In this document: positions 57,189 through 64,000 of the stretch, one piece after another
Layout: every line of letters starts with the position of its first letter
Numbering within the stretch: the first letter of the stretch is position 1
NCBI GenBank assembly: GCA_963729715.1
Contig: CAVSPA010000005.1
Span: 672,001-736,000, forward strand
Direction: 5' to 3'
Origin: an uncultured delta proteobacterium
GTDB lineage: Bacteria > Desulfobacterota > Syntrophia > Syntrophales > UBA2185
Length of the DNA stretch: 64,000 nt
Notes under the pieces: model-generated
What the model saw: the letters and a program-made list of their open reading frames with translations, nothing else
What the model was told of the DNA's origin: nothing
Database searches by the model: none
Position numbers and translations under genes: made by a program

Positions 57189-58499
57189 TCAGGGATTGTC
57201 CGTTTGCGGAAACTGGAAATCCGGATAACGGTAGATATTCCCCTCGTAATTTCGGAGCATCAGATCATTGCCGTCCCGGCCAACGGCATAATCGGGTATC
57301 AGGGGGATCTTGCCGCCGCCACCAGGAGCGTCGATGACGTATGTCGGTACTGCATAGCCTGTCGTATGCCCGCGCAGACCTTCGATGATATCGAGTCCGG
57401 CTTTTACGGGAGTGCGAAAATGCGATGATCCGGGGATCGGGTCACACTGATAGAGATAGTAGGGTTTGACCCGTATCTTAAGCAGGCCGAGAACCAGCCG
57501 CTTCATGGTTTCCACATCGTCGTTTATTTTGTGGAGCAGGACAGTCTGGCTGCCGAGTGGTATGCCCGCGTTGGCGAGGCGGGTGCATGCCTGACTCATT
57601 TCAGGCGTTAACTCATCCGGATGGTTCACGTGGATGCTCACCCAGAGAGGGTGAAAACGCTTTAGCATGTAAGTCAGTTTCGGAGTTATTCTCTGCGGCA
57701 GCACAACTGGCATCTTGGTACCGATACGCAGGATCTCTATATGGGCAATTTTTCTCAGCCGGTCGAGAAGCCATTCCAGTCTCTCGTCGGAAAGGGTCAG
57801 CGGATCCCCGCCGGACAAGAGCACGTCACGAATTTGAGTATTGGCTTCTATGTATTCAATGGCGCCTTCCCACGCATCAGTGCTCGATATGGCCCTGACG
57901 TGACTTCCGACCATGCGTGAGCGCGTGCAATACCGGCAGTACGCTGAACAGGTGTCCGTAACAAGGAATAGGACGCGATCCGGATAGCGGTGTACGATTC
58001 CCGGGACAGGGCTGTCATGCTCCTCTCCCAAGGGATCATCGGCTTCCACCGCAGAACGGCGACGCTCAGCGGTTACAGGCACCACCATCCGTCGTAGCGG
58101 CTGGGATGAATCGAATTCGTCAAGAAGGCTCGTGTAGTAAGGCGTGATGGCCACCGGTATCGAGCCCTCATGATGGCTCATGGCATTCCGCTCGTCCTCC
58201 GACAGCCAGATGAATTGCGAAAGTGCATCGACATCCTTTATGCGGTTGACGTATTGCCAGTGCCAGTTGCTCCATTCGAGGGATGTTACTTCAGGATAGA
58301 AACGCTTCCGAAAAGCCCGTGTACGGGGGCTCTCCTTAAAACGAAAAACGTATTGGACACCCTTTGTCTTAATGACCGAAGGGTTAAGGAGAGTATTATA
58401 TGCTGTTACTATGTCGTCTGTGTAATTTTCAATACCAACAAGACCTGTTGAACTACCCGGAGGTTCAGCCTCCTCCGTAAAAAGGGTCTCGTTTTCCAT
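57189..58499 (-). CDS. KamA family radical SAM/PLP aminomutase
   Basis: HRYPDR, CSAYCRYC, SGGDPL, QTVLL, PYYLYQCD, DAPGGGGK; start MENET at 58499 behind GGAGGAGG (ORF track over-extends it). Confidence 0.92.
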   Translation of the reverse strand: MENETLFTEEAEPPGSSTGLVGIENYTDDIVTAYNTLLNPSVIKTKGVQYVFRFKESPRTRAFRKRFYPEVTSLEWSNWHWQYVNRIKDVDALSQFIWLSEDERNAMSHHEGSIPVAITPYYTSLLDEFDSSQPLRRMVVPVTAERRRSAVEADDPLGEEHDSPVPGIVHRYPDRVLFLVTDTCSAYCRYCTRSRMVGSHVRAISSTDAWEGAIEYIEANTQIRDVLLSGGDPLTLSDERLEWLLDRLRKIAHIEILRIGTKMPVVLPQRITPKLTYMLKRFHPLWVSIHVNHPDELTPEMSQACTRLANAGIPLGSQTVLLHKINDDVETMKRLVLGLLKIRVKPYYLYQCDPIPGSSHFRTPVKAGLDIIEGLRGHTTGYAVPTYVIDAPGGGGKIPLIPDYAVGRDGNDLMLRNYEGNIYRYPDFQFPQTDNP

Positions 58500-58694
58500 T
58501 CTGTTATCCTCCTCCGTATCCAGGGATGATAAAAAAAATTCCCCTTTCTTTTTTTTGTGTAATATATTTTTTTCTGTACGCTGTTTAGAAATGCTTGTCA
58601 ATATTTTTTTCATTTTTTTTGAAAAAAAATTATTTTTCTTGAAAGAAGAAAAATCAAACTGTAAAATGCAGAAAAAATTTTTCGACAGGAGCAT

Positions 58695-59477
58695 ATGCCT
58701 GAACTTCCCGAAGTAGAAACTCTGTGCCGACAATTGAGGCGAGTGATTCAAGATAGAGAGATCCTCAGTGTGGAGATCCTTGATCACAGGCTGGGAGCCT
58801 TGGGGGAACTTACGGGAAGGAAGATCACTGCCGTTACTCGTCAGGGCAAGGCCGTGGAGATGAAGCTTGATAACGATGCGCGGCTTCTTCTCCATCTTCG
58901 GATGACGGGCAAGATGCAGTGGCAGAGCGCGTCTCCGGAGATTCCTCCTCACACCCGTTTCATAATTTCATTTTCTCACGGTAGGCTTTTTTGTGTCGAC
59001 ACTCGGCGTTTTGCGACGCTTGTGATCACGGCGGACGGAAGCTCGCAAGCTTTCGTGAAGAACCCGCTGCTTGATTTCCGGATCGAAGAACTGCATAAGA
59101 TCGCGCGTGTGAAGAAACTTCCCGTGAAATCATTCCTGATGGATCAGCGATGGATTGCCGGTATCGGAAACATATATGCCTGTGAGATCCTCCATGAAGT
59201 ATCCATCAATCCCTGGCGGCCCGTATGCGGAGTGTCCTTGCGGGAGTGGAGGAAGATTGAGAGAGCGACGACGAAGATCCTTGAGAAAGCCATCAGCTGC
59301 CGGGGCACAACTGTATCGGATTGGCGTGATCTGTCCGGCCAAAAAGGCGAGTATCAGGATGAATTGAAAGTTTATGACCGTGAAGGACTACCCTGCTTTC
59401 GCTGTCGTGGCACTATTCATCGGTTGCGCCTGAGCGGCAGGGGGACATATTTCTGTCCCTCCTGCCAGAAAAGATAG
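58695..59477 (+). CDS. mutM: formamidopyrimidine-DNA glycosylase
   Basis: MPELPEVE, HLRMTG, GIGNIYACE, C-terminal CFRC...CPSCQ zinc finger. Confidence 0.95.
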   Translation: MPELPEVETLCRQLRRVIQDREILSVEILDHRLGALGELTGRKITAVTRQGKAVEMKLDNDARLLLHLRMTGKMQWQSASPEIPPHTRFIISFSHGRLFCVDTRRFATLVITADGSSQAFVKNPLLDFRIEELHKIARVKKLPVKSFLMDQRWIAGIGNIYACEILHEVSINPWRPVCGVSLREWRKIERATTKILEKAISCRGTTVSDWRDLSGQKGEYQDELKVYDREGLPCFRCRGTIHRLRLSGRGTYFCPSCQKR

Positions 59478-59638
59478 TGCTCTGATAACCGGCGCGAGAT
59501 AATCTCCGGGAAGAAACCTATGGCGGAAAAATCTGATGCTTCCGAAGAAAGCCGGTTGATGAACGGCAGGAGAGCGGCTTCATAAAGTTTCAACGACGTC
59601 TCACCACAGGCAGCATGCCCTTAGGAGCGTGAGATCAC

Positions 59639-60664
59639 TTACCGCTTGGCTGCGAGCGTCGCACGCAGCACTCCCAGACCATTTCTGATTTCAAACGTGC
59701 CCACGTATTTGCGGATGTCATCGCTTGCGTACTTGATGACGCATGTCGGAGTTGATTTAGCCTGGTATGTATTTATGATCTTATTGAGCGCCGGATACAC
59801 CGGTGACAGGTCGTAAACCGCGACGGGAACTCCCTCCGCCTTCAGCGCTTTCTTGAGGTCATCTTCACTCTGAGCGGCATGATTCTTTGCCAGAGAGAAT
59901 AGCACGCGCCGCGCATGGAGGACATTCTCGTAATTCTTTGCCGCCTTCGCCGCGTACAGATAGTACTGGGCATAGAGACGGGTTTCCTTATGGATAGGAA
60001 GATCGACGAAGGTCACCCTCACGCCTCCTCCGGACAGGAATTCCTTCACCGAGGGATCGAGCTCAGACTCCATAGTCTGGCAGTGCTCGCAGAAATAATC
60101 CGAGAAGATGATCAACTCGTATTTTCCCGAACCATACGAAGGCACAAGCGATTTTTCCGCACCATAAGCGGGTGTTGCAGAGCCGGAAAATGTGACGGCC
60201 ACGAAGCTATATCCGAGGATAACGAAAGCGAGAAGGGGTAAAGGCCTCTTCACGGCAGGAGGAAGCTCCACAGTGCCGAGGCCATAGATGATCCGGTTTG
60301 AGCAGCCTTTCCCGCGCGCGAGATCTTTTTCGTGGTTCAGTGCAAATGCGATGATAATCATAGATGCAAAGGCCAGGCAGTAGGGGCAAAACACATCCTC
60401 TTGGAACTGAAAGGCGATGAGATACGCCTCCACGCCAATCCCTGCTGCGAGGAGGGCGCGGACGTACGGCATTTTTTTCACAGCGGCAAGAATGATGATC
60501 ATCAGCATATACGCAATACCGATGTGTGACAGGTCAATCCCGAAGATATCCCCCTGCAGGTAGGTACAGGCCGTTTCGCATGTCTTATAATAAAGCATGA
60601 TTCCTATGCCTGCTGCCGCAAGGATTATTGTTATGACACGTCTTCCTGCTTTTATCTTTTCCAT
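59639..60664 (-). CDS. VKOR-like membrane domain fused to a DsbA/thioredoxin-fold domain
   Basis: TM-CETAC loop, TMs, CPYC; C-terminal FSDYFCEHC and STPT (cis-Pro). Confidence 0.75.
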   Translation of the reverse strand: MEKIKAGRRVITIILAAAGIGIMLYYKTCETACTYLQGDIFGIDLSHIGIAYMLMIIILAAVKKMPYVRALLAAGIGVEAYLIAFQFQEDVFCPYCLAFASMIIIAFALNHEKDLARGKGCSNRIIYGLGTVELPPAVKRPLPLLAFVILGYSFVAVTFSGSATPAYGAEKSLVPSYGSGKYELIIFSDYFCEHCQTMESELDPSVKEFLSGGGVRVTFVDLPIHKETRLYAQYYLYAAKAAKNYENVLHARRVLFSLAKNHAAQSEDDLKKALKAEGVPVAVYDLSPVYPALNKIINTYQAKSTPTCVIKYASDDIRKYVGTFEIRNGLGVLRATLAAKR

Positions 60665-60785
60665 TTTATTTATTTTGATGCCGTCGAGTTATCGTCAGTC
60701 ATGGCGTGACATTTTTCATGTGAACTCTATCAATTTCACCTCGCTCAATCAAGTGATGAATTATGAATGCAGCCAAGAATTCGTA

Positions 60786-61820
60786 TCAATCCTTCTCAAT
60801 CCCAGCTTTTGTTATCCACCCTGATACTTGCCTGTCTCCCGGGATGGACATGTCCAGGGGCATCAATGTCCAGTGAAAGCGGTTGTTCCGGGAAGGAGGC
60901 TCTTTGGAAGTCCTCAGCCCATCTCCTGCAGCCTGCCGCCTTGCCTGTTCCTCCGTCATTTCGTACTTGAAAGGTGAAGAGGCATTAACATAGCCGACCT
61001 GGAGCTTGCCTGCATACATGCCATATTTGTAGGATTCAAGAATGGGTGTCTGTCCTTCCAAAAGGGGTGACTGAACGTACCTGCCGTCGCGTCCGCCCAG
61101 GACAAAATGAATCGCCGGGGCTGCTTTAATGACCTCCTGCTGACTGTCCGAGGGGAGATCCGAGAGAAGTACAATTACATCCGCCTTGCCACGAAGGAGC
61201 CCCATCATTTCCCGCGCCGTCCCGACCGGATCGTTCACCATGAATCGTTTCCCTGCTTCCTTATATATATCCGTCCTGATGTTCGGAGAAAGAAGGCCGA
61301 AAAAGGCGACGCGGAGGGCGCCGACCTTTCTTATGATGTATGGCTTGAAAATAGGAGTCTTTGTCGCGGGATCAACAAGATTGGCAGAGACAAGCGGAAG
61401 CCCGCGGGATACCTCCTTACGCAGGAATGCCAATCCTGGCAGCAGATCCAAGGCACCCACATTTATTGCCGCTGTCCCCATGCGCATGTATGCGCGGCTG
61501 ATCAACCTTGCTTTTATGATGGATTGCTTCTGATTGGCGCCTGCCCATCCATTTGTGAAGAGATTACCGGAATCGACAACCAGAAGCGACCTGTCTTCGC
61601 TCTTTAATTTCTCCACAAGGGACACTCGCCGGGCGAGACCGCCCAGCACCCTCTCACCTCAGGTAGGACAGGGGAACAGGTGGCCCTGTACATTGCTACT
61701 TTGAATTAATGTAAGGTGTATTGCATCGGCAGATGCATCATTAAAAAGAAAGGTAAGGACGGCAGAGAGCAGAACTGCAGACGCTATCATGAATTTTCGC
61801 GCGTGGCCGAGAGAGGGCAT
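60786..61820 (-). CDS. exported UshA-like selenoprotein (in-frame UGA at 61659-61661, CxxU)
   Basis: MPSLGHARKFMIASAVLLSAVLTFLFNDASADAIHLTLIQSSNVQGHLFPCPT-UGA-GERVLGGLARR, in frame with ORF 60786-61649; SECIS-like hairpin follows. Confidence 0.85.
61628..61647 (-). promoter_or_regulatory. bacterial SECIS element
   Basis: GCUGGGCG-GUCU-CGCCCGGC stem-loop starting 11 nt after the UGA; loop begins with G. Confidence 0.8.
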
Positions 61821-62789
61821 TCACTCTCCTTCTTCCGGCTCTGCGTGAGGGACGTTTACAGGGCAGGAGAGAATTCCTGTCGCCGGACATGACGTTGCCT
61901 CAAATTGCAAAACGGGATGACCGATGGAAAAACGACAAAGGAGTTCACGTCGTATCTTGGCGGCAATATCATCGATCTTGCTCAGCATCTGGTCTTCCAC
62001 GACGACGTGGGCACTGAGGGCGACGCCTTCAGTTGCAATATTCCATACGTGGAGATGATGAATCTTCTCCACACCTGGCACGGCTTCTATCTCCTTTTGT
62101 ATGGCATAAAGGTCGATGTCCACGGGTGTGGCATTCATGAGGATTTCGAAGGCGTCTTTCAGAATGTCCCACCCGCTGTACATAATCAAGATCACAATGA
62201 CCCAGGATACGACGGGATCGAGCCAGTACCAGGGCTTGAATATCCATATGAGACCCAGAACAGCCACCCCGAGGGAGGTTATGGCATCGGTCAGCATGTG
62301 CAGGAAGGCGCTTCGTATATTAAGGTTGTCATGGGCTTCCGGCCGCAGCATCAACGTCGATAACATGTTTGCGAGGAATGCTATGGAGGCGATGAGTATG
62401 ACGATGTTGCCCTGTATGGGCCGCGGATTCTGGAGGCGGTGCCATCCCTCAATCGTGATGAAGAGGGCGGCGCCGAAGAGCGCGGCCACGTTAAACACGG
62501 CTGCGAAGACCTCCATGCGTTTGAAGCCGAACGTATGTTTTAGCGTAGGTTCGCGCCGTCCGATGCGCAGGGCCGAATAGCTGATCAACACGGACGTAAA
62601 ATCACTCAGATTGTGGAGGGCATCGCTGATCAGGGCCATGCTTCCCGATATGATGCCGCCGTAGAGCTGAACGGAGGGGATGATTAGGTTCATGGCCATG
62701 GTGGCTATGAGCCGTTTGTTCAGATCCACGGATTTGAAATAATGCCCTGTATGTTTTTCCATTTTGTCAGCAACGGAGCGCTCGGACAA
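61821..62789 (-). CDS. cation diffusion facilitator (CzcD/ZitB-like)
   Basis: ALISDALHNLSD, TFGFKRME, NIRSAFLHMLTD, HHLHVW. Confidence 0.92.
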   Translation of the reverse strand: MSERSVADKMEKHTGHYFKSVDLNKRLIATMAMNLIIPSVQLYGGIISGSMALISDALHNLSDFTSVLISYSALRIGRREPTLKHTFGFKRMEVFAAVFNVAALFGAALFITIEGWHRLQNPRPIQGNIVILIASIAFLANMLSTLMLRPEAHDNLNIRSAFLHMLTDAITSLGVAVLGLIWIFKPWYWLDPVVSWVIVILIMYSGWDILKDAFEILMNATPVDIDLYAIQKEIEAVPGVEKIHHLHVWNIATEGVALSAHVVVEDQMLSKIDDIAAKIRRELLCRFSIGHPVLQFEATSCPATGILSCPVNVPHAEPEEGE

Positions 62790-62952
62790 CTCAGCTTTCT
62801 CCTGTCAGTCTTCACAACTCATAAATAATGCTAACCGATATTGCAGTGCCTGCACAAGGAATTTATGATAGATTTTATTATTGTCAAGCAAAAAGGGCGA
62901 TATCTTGTGTGTACACCCGGGTGAAGAAGAGGCGATCAGATCTGTTTACCCA

Positions 62953-62981
62953 TTGACGTAGCAGAAATCAAATCTTATAAT
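62953..62981 (+). promoter_or_regulatory. sigma-70 promoter
   Basis: TTGACG-17 nt-TATAAT. Confidence 0.6.
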
Positions 62982-63060
62982 AACCAAAAAGATGTGAAGG
63001 GCAAACATAGATAAAAGGCGTCAAATGCCCGATATGGGAAGTATCTGTAAGGGAGAGACG

Positions 63061-63612
63061 ATGAAGAAAAAGGTGTTATGTCTCTTGGTGTTGCTGACAT
63101 TTCTTTTTGTCTATTTCGGTATCGCTGAGTCAGGTGCACAAGTCAAAGGAGGTAAGGATATGCAAATCAAAAGCTCAGCCTTCAAGAGTGGCGCAAGAAT
63201 ACCGGCAAAGTATACCTGTGACGGTGTGGATGTTTCACCTCCTCTCGAATGGGGCAAATTGCCGGCCGGCACGAAATATCTGGCCCTCATCTGTGATGAT
63301 CCCGATGCCCCCATGGGCACATGGGTTCACTGGGTAATCTATGATATACCCGCGAACGTCACAAGCATGCAGGAGAAATTACCGCCGCTGAAAGAAGTTG
63401 CCAATGGCGCAAAGCAGGGCATGAATGATTTCCGCGCCATCGGCTACGGAGGGCCCTGCCCCCCTTCCGGCGAGCACCGCTACTTTTTTAAACTTTACGC
63501 CCTCGATGGTCCGACGGCGCTGAAGCCGGGCGCAACGAAGAAGCAACTCCTGGCAGCCATGAAGGGACACATACTTGCGGAAGCGGAGTTGATGGGAAAA
63601 TATAAAAGGTAG
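63061..63612 (+). CDS. YbhB/YbcL (PEBP) family protein with signal peptide
   Basis: YTCDG, DPDAP, WVHWV, YGGPCPP, HRYFFKLYALD. Confidence 0.92.
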   Translation: MKKKVLCLLVLLTFLFVYFGIAESGAQVKGGKDMQIKSSAFKSGARIPAKYTCDGVDVSPPLEWGKLPAGTKYLALICDDPDAPMGTWVHWVIYDIPANVTSMQEKLPPLKEVANGAKQGMNDFRAIGYGGPCPPSGEHRYFFKLYALDGPTALKPGATKKQLLAAMKGHILAEAELMGKYKR

Positions 63613-63623
63613 AAAGAAAAGAA

Positions 63624-64000
63624 ATGCGCGCGCAGTCCTATCTCAGACTTTACATGGAGGGAAAGCTTCAGGACCGCATTGACAGAGCGCTGGAACTGAC
63701 GAGAGACTGCTTACTGTGTCCCCGGGAATGCCATGTGGATCGGCTGTCCGGGGAGCTTGGGTTTTGCCGCACGGGGAAAAAAGCAAGAGTGGCAAGTCTG
63801 CACGCCCACTTCGGAGAAGAGTCTCCCCTTGTGGGAACGGGCGGTTCAGGCACTATCTTTTTCAGATCCTGCAACCTCCTTTGCTACTTCTGCCAGAACT
63901 ATGACATCAGCCACGATGCAGGAGGCAGTGAGGTAGAGCCAAAAGACCTTGCCGACATGATGCTGAATCTCCAGATGCGTGGATGTCACAATATCAACTT
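63624..64000 (+). CDS. PflX-like radical SAM protein, 5' part (runs off window edge)
   Basis: Manual translation: CLLCPREC...GFCRTG...HFGEE...GSGTIFFRSCNLLCYFCQNYDIS...GCHNIN. Confidence 0.88.
   Translation, partial: MRAQSYLRLYMEGKLQDRIDRALELTRDCLLCPRECHVDRLSGELGFCRTGKKARVASLHAHFGEESPLVGTGGSGTIFFRSCNLLCYFCQNYDISHDAGGSEVEPKDLADMMLNLQMRGCHNIN

Noticed and set aside
58500..58952. 151-aa N-terminal extension of KamA in the ORF track
   Set aside because: Runs antisense through mutM and the A/T spacer; strong RBS at 58499
59520..59585. 21-codon ORF between mutM and the VKOR-like gene
   Set aside because: Too short, no clear RBS or motif

Overview
Chromosomal window from an anaerobic deltaproteobacterium (Syntrophales/Desulfobacterota-like, inferred from gene content and protein style). 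No rRNA, tRNA, CRISPR array, transposase or phage gene was seen. Left: 5' part of ilvB with an unannotated Ile/Leu/Val leader peptide and attenuator, PBP1A-tatC-tatB, HDAC-gatCAB-mtnA. The 10-29 kb stretch is a patchwork: MCP with a sigma-54 promoter, csp, SLT, a carB 3' remnant, ABC-F, two frameshifted genes and REP-like palindromes. Four loci stand out. (1) A 1.8-kaa protein fusing an HExxH domain, a vWA/MIDAS domain, 10 HEAT repeats and two midasin/MoxR-like AAA+ modules. (2) A sigma-54-driven, nine-gene accessory type II fatty-acid/lipid cluster (ACAD-fabH-fabA-fabG-fabZ-fabF-ACP-plsC-PPTase) beside an NtrC-type two-component system. (3) A KamA radical-SAM aminomutase plus two Ddl-like ATP-grasp ligases. 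(4) A UGA-recoded, exported CxxU selenoprotein with a clear SECIS hairpin, between a CDF metal exporter and a VKOR-thioredoxin fusion; the ORF track truncates this gene. All family calls come from motif recognition by eye; no searches were run.
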